From: a virus
Lineage: Duplodnaviria > Caudoviricetes
DNA: 59,923 bases
Virus record (IMG/VR): IMGVR_UViG_3300020471_000096
Location: 1-59,923 of that record
Reading direction: 5' to 3' (one strand)
Every line of letters starts with the position of its first letter. Position 1 is the first letter of the stretch. Shown here one piece after another: positions 34,601-42,742 of the stretch. The position numbers and the translations under genes are program-made. The notes beneath the pieces were generated by a model. The model searched no databases. It was not told where the DNA came from and saw only the letters and a program-made list of their open reading frames with translations.

Positions 34601-37320
34601 TCAATAATTATACGTGATCTACGTGGCTCAGTAACAGTTTCAGGATCATCCGGCTTTCTATCTCTTCTACCTATCTGCTTTTCTATCTCTGTTGTGCCTA
34701 TATTTTCAAAAATTTGTTCTGTCTGTGTAAAACCTTGATCTGCATGCGAACCAAATATAGCTTTGAAAAAAGCAACAATTCTATCAAAAAGACTCTTTGG
34801 TTTACCGCCAAATTTAAGTTTACCATCAGTATAGTCTCTATACATCTCTGCAATAGCTTCTTCTACTATTTGTTCATTTGGCATACCATCACGTATATAA
34901 GCATGAGTAGCTCTTTCATAATATGTATAACTTCTTGTTGTATCTGTGCCTTTTGATCTTTTGACATATTTTCTTGTCATTGCAGCTTTTTTTAATATGT
35001 CATATTCCTGATCTGTAAAAACATTTAAACTTTTTAATGCATGAATAATTTCATGATTCATGACACTTCCTAACTTTGCCTGCAACTCAGCATCAGTCAT
35101 ATTAGGATCGTATATTTCCATTGCTAACGCTATGATACGTTTGCCATCAGGTGAAACTTCTTGTATGCCTTCAGTTATACCTATGTCTTGTCCTCTTGAA
35201 AGGTCTTCTGTTAACTGTGCAGCATCTAATAATGGTCTACCTTCTAACCTTACATCAGTTAATCCTATTCTATTTAGCTCTGCTCGTAGAGCATCAAGAA
35301 CACGCTTTTGTTTTAATACATATTCTGGAGTTTCTTTTGTTTTAGTAGCTTGATCAAAGACCTTTTTAGGCGCAAGTGCAGGAGCTATTCTTCTAGCTTG
35401 TATTGTTTGTTGACCTTGCACAGCCTGATTAGCTTTATTTTCTAAATTAAAGGCCTCTAATTGTATATCACTATATCTTTTTTGTAATAAATCTAATTGT
35501 TGACTGTTAGTTTCAAGATTAACTGGATCATTACGAAATATGTTTCTTTGCTTTCTTAGTCTATCATCAGCTTCTCTTATTTGCCTTGCTCTTTCAGATA
35601 AAGCTCTTGCCTGTTCAATAAAATCTAAATTTACATCTACCTGATTTCTAGGTGAATATCTACCTTTTCCATCATACTGCAATAAACCAGATCCTAACAT
35701 TTGAGCCAATGCACCATCAGCAATATCATCTGGCATTTTTTCTTTGTATAGTTTTTGATATACTCTTTTTGCTGCAGCTCTATTAATTATTTTTTGTTTT
35801 AATAGATTTTCTTGAAATTTTATTACTTGTTCTTTTGTTTCTTGTGTGATGCGCTCTGCTTCTAATTCAGCATCTGATATTTCCTCTAATGCAGGCACTT
35901 TATTTAAAGTAGGTTTTTGTAAAATTTTTTCTCTTAAAGATGCTTCAGGGCCAACAACTTCTTCTAATTCTTGTATTGTTACGGGATCATCTACAGGTAT
36001 GCCTTTTTTTAATTCTATTCTTTGTTTACGTATTTTAAACGCTTCATCTTCTGGCAAACTCTCTAATTTCACAGGATTATATGGAGTTGTAGCCTCTCTT
36101 GCAGCCTGTAATGTATCTTCAGTATTTTTTCTTTTTTGATTTTCTTGGGCATCAACTGCTGATTGATTGTCTATATCAGTAACAGGATCGCCAGATGGTA
36201 GGATAATTGGAGCATCGGGTGCAGGCAATCCAAGGCCCGGACCCTCTATTAGTTTTACTTGTTTATCTTCTTGGGTTTTTAAATAATCTTTTGCATTTTG
36301 AGCCATACTAGCATTTTCTCTAGCAGCTTCATCTGCATCATTATCTAATTCTTTTTGTTTCTTTTCGTATTGATTTACTCTTCTGCCTCTAATACTGTCT
36401 AATATTAAATTTAAAGCAAAACCTGCGCCACCACCATAAACGGCATCATCATATGCACTTTGTCCAACTTGAACATCTGGGTTGTAAATATTTTTTTCAG
36501 TTAAATCTTGAAGTATACCTGCAACTAACTCTTGAGTACCCTCTCCAATACCAACACCAATGCTTCTTTTTATTCTGCCGCCTATAGTTTTTACTGCTTC
36601 ATCTATATCTTTTTTGTCTACTTTTTTTAAAATTTTTAAAGAAGCTCCTAAGCTCTTGCTTAACGCAGCAAAAGGTATAGCCTCTGATGTACCAATTAAA
36701 GCGCTTAATAATACAGCATCTGCTTTTTGCGAACCGTCTATAACACCGCCATTTTCTAAAAAATTAGCAATCCTATTCATCTGATCTTGTGATGTTAAAG
36801 CCGCACCCTGTGTTGCAACAGTGCCTAAACCTAAATATGAAGCAATTTTAGGGGCAGCGCCTGCAACTGCCAAACCACTTTTAACAGCCCATCCACCTGC
36901 TAAAAAAGAGGCAAGAGACCCACCTGCTTGACCAAATTTACTATAAGGACTTTCATTAAAATCAAAAGTATCTGCTAAAGCTCTACTAGCGCCTTTAGAA
37001 AAATTTTGTGCAGCTTCTCCTAATCCTGTCTCACCGGGTGCTACATCGAAGCCTAATCTTTGCCCAACGCCTTCACCTATTGAGGCTATACCACCGGGTA
37101 AATCTGTAAAACCTCTTATAAAACTTCCAACAAAACTTTTAGGGACATCAATAAGACTCCCTTCTTCTTCCGCTGTTTCAGGCGCTTCTAATAAAACACC
37201 ATCTTCTCTAGCAATATATTTTTGTATAAATTGGTCTTCTGCTGCAGTGGGCCTGTTACCAGCTATCAATATAGGGTATGTTTTACCAGTTAAGTTACTT
37301 TTTACATTAATTGTACCCAT
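28696..37320 (-). CDS. 2874-aa large polyvalent internal virion (ejection) protein
   Basis: Last gene of the structural operon; Gly/Ala-rich N-terminus, HEIIH and HDYFGH motifs, LPD38-like C-terminus. Confidence 0.8.
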   Translation of the reverse strand: MGTINVKSNLTGKTYPILIAGNRPTAAEDQFIQKYIAREDGVLLEAPETAEEEGSLIDVPKSFVGSFIRGFTDLPGGIASIGEGVGQRLGFDVAPGETGLGEAAQNFSKGASRALADTFDFNESPYSKFGQAGGSLASFLAGGWAVKSGLAVAGAAPKIASYLGLGTVATQGAALTSQDQMNRIANFLENGGVIDGSQKADAVLLSALIGTSEAIPFAALSKSLGASLKILKKVDKKDIDEAVKTIGGRIKRSIGVGIGEGTQELVAGILQDLTEKNIYNPDVQVGQSAYDDAVYGGGAGFALNLILDSIRGRRVNQYEKKQKELDNDADEAARENASMAQNAKDYLKTQEDKQVKLIEGPGLGLPAPDAPIILPSGDPVTDIDNQSAVDAQENQKRKNTEDTLQAAREATTPYNPVKLESLPEDEAFKIRKQRIELKKGIPVDDPVTIQELEEVVGPEASLREKILQKPTLNKVPALEEISDAELEAERITQETKEQVIKFQENLLKQKIINRAAAKRVYQKLYKEKMPDDIADGALAQMLGSGLLQYDGKGRYSPRNQVDVNLDFIEQARALSERARQIREADDRLRKQRNIFRNDPVNLETNSQQLDLLQKRYSDIQLEAFNLENKANQAVQGQQTIQARRIAPALAPKKVFDQATKTKETPEYVLKQKRVLDALRAELNRIGLTDVRLEGRPLLDAAQLTEDLSRGQDIGITEGIQEVSPDGKRIIALAMEIYDPNMTDAELQAKLGSVMNHEIIHALKSLNVFTDQEYDILKKAAMTRKYVKRSKGTDTTRSYTYYERATHAYIRDGMPNEQIVEEAIAEMYRDYTDGKLKFGGKPKSLFDRIVAFFKAIFGSHADQGFTQTEQIFENIGTTEIEKQIGRRDRKPDDPETVTEPRRSRIIIDRLPDLHRGSIGPLPIAHVVKSRYLQSIGMPNTRPDRYVQVNEELARRIAKDFDEAKHDPTNPEVIQAYKAMADETFNQWLFIKDTGIQIEFIKPNQANPYPRASKDLLEDINNNHMWVFATDDGFGSDAITDQDIAENPLLQTTGEIIDGRDARYNDLFRIVHDYFGHALEGATFSARGEENAWQAHSRMYTPLAARAMTTETRGQNSWLNYSDAVGDHNRNSKNKAEETIYADQKITLLSDFVQTEGLANNIEGAVDERAIQEDERFSETRDDATDRGRDARRDGRRSVIRSTIESTKERREPELSPQRTVKLTHFSPIEGLQSIDPEKQRSNLFMRGEERRRTFEGYPARSYFAVNISDPNGYNPEQNLGDNIYELDVPYEGMYDWEADPEKFNDAANAELDKSRPDIKDPTGRVNYITTAKERMIKESGATGYWINDPFRGTMAAMFYELRVPETYQAKKYDQAYKDGINQKRGVDAKRTMRSRTRVVGQEHTVSTRFPTAKAREADPSAELLFINGDLIKNDSKLAKNAADIIKKYNLSENAKRYVNFSNEEIIEDHIQAMTNNILFVHDSIDPTIRERSSLWYDGARNIVDKFSKTYNYPPEVVAAVMAVQSPQKDWYMNVSLAERVMDIARNHSDKDFTPEMVKTAKRIYGKNKAIQAAIKHISNPNRDSTSLDSLQFSFHKALWVRIFDETYNDRGHRVITPEGEFLDYARKKPSKAQLGKKTLSNYESIFGVQGDPKGTGWGSNNTIDKAMQLLELRGDNSLQQVSVLLGDRHKVRSFFNNIITPMSPDGHSTIDTHAVAVAFFKPLSGKSFEVDQNFGLYTAKGRADLYGIIPNSSVTGVRGMYGLIYDAYARAAEQRGILPRQMQSITWEAIRGLFPDTFKNETQNVERINNIWRSYVDGGLTLDQTRQEIINATPDGFAEPSWARPPNTIPQFSRDASYETELPRPYVSGRNTRNDSGIGRDSTGTPETRRSRIRATPSSERQRQAQQNDRDIAQAQLNIRYNNLAGVLAKAFKVVPESFLFGNTRAQAAQKIVQKYQDSFQPVGAMMDELRDKGYTIADAMDPYLREVNSSGIIGDKLTDLEETIVKPTIEEIKKIKVSDEKLTELKNASARAAAQEQGEGLVNKTIDSSIDVKLALTDIYLYAMHAKERNIDIANRYARPNGSGLSKAEADVILDWFDSLDQSNKDIFQFINKQTRRIVNSTNNIRYESGLIDKAEYDEHQEGARFKYYVPLRGDLDIDVEMKEDRQNTLRKTTNYFGALGREDKVARGRGIKYAENIFASVIAQNQRAIDRSERNKVGQSLLRLLRGQEEQPDGSTAINDALATDLQQNFAEITTEAEPMDPHQIAIKENGQQVYVNFYRESMSRSFKHHYEPKTHHVAFRTLSKLNRFLSNVNTSYNPAFVIPNFAKDLETALVNIQQHDAEGITKEITRDVAGAINGIRKVFGVGANPFGKRTPDTSSYWSQEYLKFVKAGGKNATNQMGTVQDQMENLSKLLMDISEAKTLGFKRNGFFRKKGRSLLQFLEDYNTVIENGVRVATFTNLKKRGFTDARAAEAARNVTVNFAKGGEDKVFMNSLYLFYNASLQGSMAIYNAAYKSKKVRKILGGIIVYGFLQDQLLAFLDDPSEDDDPITYDKLNEYDLEHNLIFPSFGLMEDKFIAIPLAYGLNMPFNLGRSLSRYTRGEYTFGQAANSIFDTTMETLSPFGAIENFETYVIPTAFKPAVEMYINKNYRNDPIYKETPMYSTTNVPDAYTHWTNTGAVSKFIVQTINDLTFGDEVESGLIDISPDTIEYFYEYVIGGAGAFIGRSANLVFDVIPAIASGDFEGNLPNRIPFVRKVIKQPSDRVDTQNYLEKRKELYTIFSRIDLARRRGDPETIRKLIARYDDEVRIYGRFKALDNARNRLLRQIKELERNLRLSDDVRQKLIKLRRERIQEIMRKGIQLMRSVGIRQTA
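30483..30500. repeat. Dispersed TTACGTAA palindrome, copy 7 (intragenic)
   Basis: AAAAGTTTACGTAAACTT, with a perfect 16-bp core. Confidence 0.75.
31644..31832 (-). CDS. Overprinted 62-aa acidic ORF nested in the giant gene
   Basis: AGGAG 7 nt before ATG; globular-looking sequence while the main frame is a low-complexity linker. Confidence 0.65.
   Translation of the reverse strand: MLRQMDLRNQVGQDPLIQYLNSVGMPVTRQNYLDLMYPEGIPEMTAELEETLPEHLRLDAQE
32943..32962. repeat. Dispersed TTACGTAA palindrome, copy 8 (intragenic)
   Basis: AAAAGTTTACGTAACGTTTT. Confidence 0.7.
33657..33827 (-). CDS. Overprinted 56-aa ORF nested in the giant gene
   Basis: GAGGGAG 6 nt before ATG; MKEQFKKMNDLVKQEMMQLTEEEMQEEMEDAALYEARLNRQKKGGNLSYLRKGQSS. 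Confidence 0.55.
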   Translation of the reverse strand: MKEQFKKMNDLVKQEMMQLTEEEMQEEMEDAALYEARLNRQKKGGNLSYLRKGQSS

Positions 37321-37330
37321 TTATGCGCCT

Positions 37331-38302
37331 TTAAGATGATATGGCTGTTGCAACAGGTAAATCTATACCATAATCCTCTTTTAGAAGATTCATTAAAAAT
37401 CTTTCTTGTGCCATTAATTGATTCCTAGTTTTATCATCAATTTCTGATTTGATGTAAGCCAAGTCACCGGGCTTACCATAAAGCTGCTCTCTAGTTTTAT
37501 TAAGATTGCTCATGATGTCACTTGCAGTTAACTTACCTTTCTTTCTACCAGACGCAATCTTCGCTCTAGCATTTATTAAATCAACAACACCTTCTTGATA
37601 TCTTTTATTAGCATCTCTATAGGCTTCTAGGCCCGTAGAAGCCCCTTCACCCACTGCTTGTCCCAAAGTTGGTGCATCTGATGCCAAAATACCAAAACCT
37701 GCCTGTGCGATAGCTAAAGCTCTATCTAAGGCTCTTTCTTTCTGCAGTCCTTTTTGTAAATTTAAAATATCTTGTTCTACGGAATCAGATACTAAAGGTA
37801 TTATATCAGGCTCTATAGTATAATTAGGCACATTACCTCTTACTCCTGTATTCTGTGTAGTTACGTCTTTTGATATATTCTCTACATCAGCATTTTCATC
37901 TATCTTTGCTTTATCTTTTTCTTCTAATCTATCTAATATTTGTTGTGAAGTACTACCAGTACCAGCAAAACCATTAGATGCTTTTATAACGCCACCATTG
38001 TTCATAGTTTGTGGCATCATAGACCCAATACCACCTGAATTTACACTTGCAGGAGCCATTGCCTCTGACATACCCATCATACCAGACTGAGGAACACCAG
38101 CGGCAGCCACAACTTCTTGTGCAACTGTAGGCTCAGTCTGAGCTTGTCTAGCTGCAAATTCACCTTTAACTCTTTTACGTCTATTTAATTCTGATAATAC
38201 AAGGAACTGAGGCGCAGAGCCACTTGGCTGTTGCATTTCTTTTATTAACTGATCTTCAGAAAAGTTTTTTAAATCATCTTGTATTTGTAAAACATTCATC
38301 AT
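37331..38302 (-). CDS. Putative internal virion/DNA-ejection protein
   Basis: PQFLVLSELNRR N-terminus; helical; directly upstream of the giant gene. Confidence 0.7.
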   Translation of the reverse strand: MMNVLQIQDDLKNFSEDQLIKEMQQPSGSAPQFLVLSELNRRKRVKGEFAARQAQTEPTVAQEVVAAAGVPQSGMMGMSEAMAPASVNSGGIGSMMPQTMNNGGVIKASNGFAGTGSTSQQILDRLEEKDKAKIDENADVENISKDVTTQNTGVRGNVPNYTIEPDIIPLVSDSVEQDILNLQKGLQKERALDRALAIAQAGFGILASDAPTLGQAVGEGASTGLEAYRDANKRYQEGVVDLINARAKIASGRKKGKLTASDIMSNLNKTREQLYGKPGDLAYIKSEIDDKTRNQLMAQERFLMNLLKEDYGIDLPVATAISS

Positions 38303-39237
38303 CCGCCTGTTAATCCTCTGTATAATCCTAATCCAGCTATACCTGTACCTAATAAGTCTTTCACAGGATTGTATTGTTGAAATTTAGTTGTTTCTGTTGA
38401 TGGCTGTACAGGAACACCACGGAGAATAGATGACAGGAATGTTAAATCTTCTCTTGGCATGTCTCTTTGTCTAACAAAATCTTCATATGCCAAGTCTAAT
38501 CCAGCTTGTTCTCTTGCCTGTCTATCTTTAGCAATTTTTTCTAACAACTGTGCAGACTCAATATCACCTGCTCTAGCCTTTTCACCTAACGCAGCAAGTT
38601 GTGCTGATTGACCAGACAAACTTTCTGCTGCAGATAACCCTTGTCTTTCTGCCGCTAGTTGTGCCGCTCTATCTCTTTCAAACTGTTGCTGTGCTTGCTC
38701 AAATGCTTTTTGTTGGCCAACAGCTTGTATTTCACCTAGTTGTCTTTGCAAGCCTTCTCCAGCAAGAGCTTGAGCTACAGCTTGTCTTGAGCCGCCAAAC
38801 GCACCAGCCTGAACGGCATCAGCATCTCTGCCTGCTTGTTGTCTGTTAAAATCTAATATAGCCTGTCTTTTTTGTACGTCTAACACGTTTTGCAAATACG
38901 GAGACATATATTGTCGTGCTTGATCAGATCCAAAATCTTGTGATTGAAATCCTAAGCCCTCTATAGCTCTACCCATACCTGCTGTAGTGCCTGCTGTTGC
39001 TTGACCTAGGCCCGGTATACCGCCCTCTGCCACAGCTCTAGCTATTTCTCTTGATCTAGCTGTATCAGTGTTTTCATCTGCAAGTCTTTGGCCTTCATAT
39101 GGAATATATTCTCTTTTTGATTCAGCTTCAGCCCTTTTTATCATGTCTATAGCATAAGGCTCAAAATATTTAGGTAATGAGCTTTGTACTATATTTTGTT
39201 CTGTAGGCTGCTGTGGCCTTGATCTACCTTTACCCAT
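38299..39237 (-). CDS. Putative DNA-transfer (ejection) protein
   Basis: Gln/Ala-rich with YMSPY...AGAFGGSRQA motif. Confidence 0.75.
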   Translation of the reverse strand: MGKGRSRPQQPTEQNIVQSSLPKYFEPYAIDMIKRAEAESKREYIPYEGQRLADENTDTARSREIARAVAEGGIPGLGQATAGTTAGMGRAIEGLGFQSQDFGSDQARQYMSPYLQNVLDVQKRQAILDFNRQQAGRDADAVQAGAFGGSRQAVAQALAGEGLQRQLGEIQAVGQQKAFEQAQQQFERDRAAQLAAERQGLSAAESLSGQSAQLAALGEKARAGDIESAQLLEKIAKDRQAREQAGLDLAYEDFVRQRDMPREDLTFLSSILRGVPVQPSTETTKFQQYNPVKDLLGTGIAGLGLYRGLTGG

Positions 39238-39658
39238 TATTAATCTCCATACGATAAGCTATATATTCAGGTTCCCAATTATATTTTTTTAATATTTTTA
39301 TCCATGCTTTTCTGCCATAGCCTTCTAGGTGACTGCAATCACAGTCTTTTGCAAAACTAGATAATTTTTCCATAGCTATAGGCAGCCACTCCATCATTCT
39401 TTTACCGCCTATCCAATCCATAGCCATAGCTTTTCTATTTGGATATTCTATTATTCTTGTGGTTATCGCTGCTATAACTTTTTCTCCATCTTTATTATCT
39501 ACTATTAACCAAAGATTATAATAACCTTTCATTAAATCCTGATAAATATCATCAATATGATACTTACCCTTACTAGTTATTATAGCTTTGTTAAGCATAT
39601 TGCTAACATCGCCCCAAACTATGTCTATTGCCTCACGAGGCACTGCTGTGCATATCAT
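39230..39658 (-). CDS. Putative GNAT-fold acetyltransferase-like protein
   Basis: WIGGK...AKDCDCSHLEGYGRKAW, typical of the small gene preceding podovirus internal proteins. Confidence 0.6.
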   Translation of the reverse strand: MICTAVPREAIDIVWGDVSNMLNKAIITSKGKYHIDDIYQDLMKGYYNLWLIVDNKDGEKVIAAITTRIIEYPNRKAMAMDWIGGKRMMEWLPIAMEKLSSFAKDCDCSHLEGYGRKAWIKILKKYNWEPEYIAYRMEINNG

Positions 39659-40671
39659 GCAGGCAACATCATCTCATCAGGTATAGCAGGCGGCTGTGTC
39701 TTACCGCCAGTTCTTAGTTCTCTAACTCTATCCATCATATCTTCTAATTTATCAGCACCTGCATCTGAGGAGCCGTTTCCGAGGCCACTAACAACGTCAG
39801 CAGGCACAACAAACTCACCATCAGAAAGTAATACATCTTGATCTCCTTCCATTGAGGCGGGTATCATATCAGCCATGCCATCACCTGCACCGCTAACCAT
39901 ACCATCGCCCTCGCTAGGAATAGCTGGTATTTCACCAGATTCAACTTTATTAATTAAATCTTGTAACGCTTCTTGACCAAACTGAGCTACAAATTGTGCT
40001 AGTATTACACTTTGTCTGTCAGTGTCTATTATTTCACCTTGTAATACGTCAATAGCGCTACTAATTAATTCTTTATCATTCATACCATCATTCATCATGC
40101 CACCAATACCTGCATCCATAGGCATAATATCGCTTTCTACTTCTCCACCTTCTGCAAAGTTTCTAGGTATTCTATAGTTAAACTCACCCATTTTGCCTGC
40201 GTCATAACCCATCTCTGGAAATATAGATGTGTTCTTTATAGGCATACCTCTTGGCATTTCTGGATCTTCTTTATCATCTCTAAATTTTGGCATTATCATA
40301 GAATCAGCAGCTAATCCACCTATACCAGCACCTAAAGCCTCTGGTCTTGTTAACATCTCTGTAAAACCCGGAACCGCACCTGTGGTCCCTCCTTGCATTG
40401 TCATAGCGGATGGCAAATTGGAGCCAACAGCACCTGTAGAAACGCCTGTAGTAGGAGCGGCTGGATTACCACCAAATGCACTAGAACCACCTATGGCGCT
40501 ACCAATGCCACCTAAAGCAGCACCTGTTAAAATATCTTCTGTATCTCCTCCTTGTAATAGAGATCCCAAGCCGCCACCTATTGCGCTTGCAAACATTGGA
40601 CTTATTCCAGTTGCTAAACCGGCTGGCCCTAATATTGCCGGTGCTGCTAAACTAAGTATTGCTGATAACAT
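39655..40671 (-). CDS. Putative internal virion protein
   Basis: Gly-rich N-terminus; GDGMADMIPA...LSDGEFVVPADVV module. Confidence 0.7.
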   Translation of the reverse strand: MLSAILSLAAPAILGPAGLATGISPMFASAIGGGLGSLLQGGDTEDILTGAALGGIGSAIGGSSAFGGNPAAPTTGVSTGAVGSNLPSAMTMQGGTTGAVPGFTEMLTRPEALGAGIGGLAADSMIMPKFRDDKEDPEMPRGMPIKNTSIFPEMGYDAGKMGEFNYRIPRNFAEGGEVESDIMPMDAGIGGMMNDGMNDKELISSAIDVLQGEIIDTDRQSVILAQFVAQFGQEALQDLINKVESGEIPAIPSEGDGMVSGAGDGMADMIPASMEGDQDVLLSDGEFVVPADVVSGLGNGSSDAGADKLEDMMDRVRELRTGGKTQPPAIPDEMMLPA

Positions 40672-40672
40672 G

Positions 40673-41119
40673 TTACGCTCCTAATGCTTTCATTCTATTT
40701 ATTAAACGCTCTGCTCTGTTTGGCACTTGTGTTCTCCATTTCGAGTCATACATCTGATTTGCGCTCTCAGTAAAATCCATAATTGATATACTTGCTCTAA
40801 GTTTACTAAATTTACTTAGTCTTGTGTACCCCAAATTGTACATCATATTACATAAAATTAATTGCGCCTCTTCTGGCAAGTCATCAAAGTTATTAAATAA
40901 ATTTTTACAATCTGTTATAGTTCCTTGTATATCGCTGTCAAAACAGCTATTTACACGCTCTTCACTTACAGGTGTGCCTACAGGCTGTCCATATTCTGGA
41001 TCAGAATCAAGAACCAAATGGCCAATCCCAAAAGTAGGCAGGTTAAGGTGATCCAAGTAAATTGCATGTACTTTCCCTTCATCAGCTTCTAATTCTTGTC
41101 TTAATTTATCAATGTCCAT
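40673..41119 (-). CDS. T4-type (GH24) lysozyme/endolysin
   Basis: DEG...YLDHLNLPTFGIGHL catalytic E-D-T pattern; SKWRTQVPNRAERL. Confidence 0.9.
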   Translation of the reverse strand: MDIDKLRQELEADEGKVHAIYLDHLNLPTFGIGHLVLDSDPEYGQPVGTPVSEERVNSCFDSDIQGTITDCKNLFNNFDDLPEEAQLILCNMMYNLGYTRLSKFSKLRASISIMDFTESANQMYDSKWRTQVPNRAERLINRMKALGA

Positions 41120-41129
41120 AACTACCTCC

Positions 41130-41149
41130 AAAACTTTACGTAAAGTTTT
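41130..41149. repeat. Dispersed TTACGTAA palindrome, copy 9 (perfect 20-mer)
   Basis: AAAACTTTACGTAAAGTTTT abutting the lysozyme GGAGG RBS. Confidence 0.9.
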
Positions 41150-41435
41150 ACTTTTTGTGCGCTTTCCTTATGCTTTCTTTGCCTCTTTTAAATATACTAG
41201 CTACTTTATTTTTACCCATCACCTTTGCTCTCTGCTCACCAACTGTAAGAATCTGTATCTTTCTCGCAAAAGGTTTACTGACTCTCTTAACTTTTGCAAC
41301 CGTAGCTCTTGCGTCTGCTTCTGTGGCAAATTTGATACCGACTGTATCTTTTGGGTTCTCATCTGTGTATAAGCGTCTGCCAGAACCTTTTGGTTTTTTT
41401 CCTGTTCCAACTTTAGGATCTCTTTTTTTTGCCAT
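41148..41435 (-). CDS. Small basic hypothetical protein
   Basis: RRLYTDENPKDTVGIKF motif. Confidence 0.75.
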   Translation of the reverse strand: MAKKRDPKVGTGKKPKGSGRRLYTDENPKDTVGIKFATEADARATVAKVKRVSKPFARKIQILTVGEQRAKVMGKNKVASIFKRGKESIRKAHKK

Positions 41436-41550
41436 CTTTCTTAGCCTTACTAGGTAATAACCCTTTATTTACTGCTCTTGCTCTTTCACTAAATCCTAGC
41501 TTTTGTTTTTTTGCTAATTTTCTTCTAATTGTGTGAAGTTTAGCTACCAT
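41413..41550 (-). CDS. 45-aa basic protein (start MVAKL)
   Basis: LGFSERARA motif; starts just after the upstream stop. Confidence 0.55.
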   Translation of the reverse strand: MVAKLHTIRRKLAKKQKLGFSERARAVNKGLLPSKAKKDGKKKRS

Positions 41551-41551
41551 T

Positions 41552-41692
41552 TTATTTCTTTCTTTGTGTTTTTTTGGCTTGTGCAAAGTTTTTGGATGTA
41601 GGTGCGCCCTTTGCACCTGCTTTACGCATCTGTTCTCCACTACCAGCCTTAATTCTTCTTCTTTTTTTATGTATGTTTGCATATAAACTCAT
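41552..41692 (-). CDS. 46-aa basic protein (below ORF-track cutoff)
   Basis: MSLYANIHKKRRRIKAGSGEQMRKAGAKGAPTSKNFAQAKKTQRKK; AAGGA RBS. Confidence 0.7.
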   Translation of the reverse strand: MSLYANIHKKRRRIKAGSGEQMRKAGAKGAPTSKNFAQAKKTQRKK

Positions 41693-41727
41693 AACATGTA
41701 TCCTTAAATGTCTAAATAAATCTTGTA

Positions 41728-42123
41728 TTACTTTGTTAAACCTTTTTGCTTCTCATAGGTTCTGAGTGTTCCGATTCCTAACATGCCACCGAGAACAGTT
41801 AAAAGTGTACCCATATCGAAATCAGGCAAATCTGGTAGTTCTAAACCAGCGAAACTTGCACCAAATATAATTAAATCTTTTACGATAAAATGATAGGCAA
41901 AAGCAATCGCACAGACCCACCCAACTGCTGGGCGCCAGCCGCCTTTAAATATAGAGCCACTTGCAGCCTCTGCTTTGTTTATTTCTAACTGAGCAAGCAA
42001 AGCCTCTTGCGCATGTTTTTCAGACATTGTGGCTATCTCGTGTGCCAACTTAGCCTTTTGATCTGCATCAGGTATAAACTTATCTAGTAATCCTGTAACT
42101 GGTCCTATAAGAGCTTGTAACAT
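41728..42123 (-). CDS. Holin of the 3-TM (GTA-type) family
   Basis: EAASGSIFKGGWRPAVGW...LGGMLGIGTLRTYEK. Confidence 0.8.
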   Translation of the reverse strand: MLQALIGPVTGLLDKFIPDADQKAKLAHEIATMSEKHAQEALLAQLEINKAEAASGSIFKGGWRPAVGWVCAIAFAYHFIVKDLIIFGASFAGLELPDLPDFDMGTLLTVLGGMLGIGTLRTYEKQKGLTK

Positions 42124-42323
42124 TAATATACCCTCACTTTATCTGTATTAACATATGGTACAAGTTTACATATGCATTCATATTTATATTGTTCATTGTC
42201 TTTCATATATGTTTGATTACTTAACATTTGACTAAAATCCATACATGATGCGGCACTTCTAAAATATATTCCATCTCTATCAGCTATTCCATTAAGATAA
42301 CATGCTAATATAAATGCTGTCAT
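42123..42323 (-). CDS. Small Cys-containing hypothetical protein
   Basis: TAATG-coupled on both sides. Confidence 0.65.
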   Translation of the reverse strand: MTAFILACYLNGIADRDGIYFRSAASCMDFSQMLSNQTYMKDNEQYKYECICKLVPYVNTDKVRVY

Positions 42324-42742
42324 TACAAATCTACCTGTGGTGTTCTTACTACAGCAAACTCTTGTATACTCAAAATAACCTGTATTCTATCTGCATGTCC
42401 TGCTTGCACTTTGACAACTTCTCCAGAATTTAAAATAAGCTCTTTAGCAACATCTGGTAAAAACTCAAATGTTGTAAATGCAGCCACAGTAGAATTTGTA
42501 GTATAAAAAAATTCATGATTAGTTACAGCTCCAGATCCACCATCTACACCATCCCCAGTTATAGTAACAGTAAGAGTACTTGCACTGCTAGAAGTATTCA
42601 TAACTAATATTGAATGTATACTAGACACATTAAAGTCTGCATTAGAAGGCGCTGTATATATAGTTTTTTTATCTGTTGTTGTTAAATCTACTTTGACATT
42701 AAGCAGTCCTTGAACATATTGTGGTATACTTGTAACTAACAT
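42323..42742 (-). CDS. Hypothetical tail-associated protein
   Basis: Beta-rich; resembles 52589-52945. Confidence 0.7.
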   Translation of the reverse strand: MLVTSIPQYVQGLLNVKVDLTTTDKKTIYTAPSNADFNVSSIHSILVMNTSSSASTLTVTITGDGVDGGSGAVTNHEFFYTTNSTVAAFTTFEFLPDVAKELILNSGEVVKVQAGHADRIQVILSIQEFAVVRTPQVDL

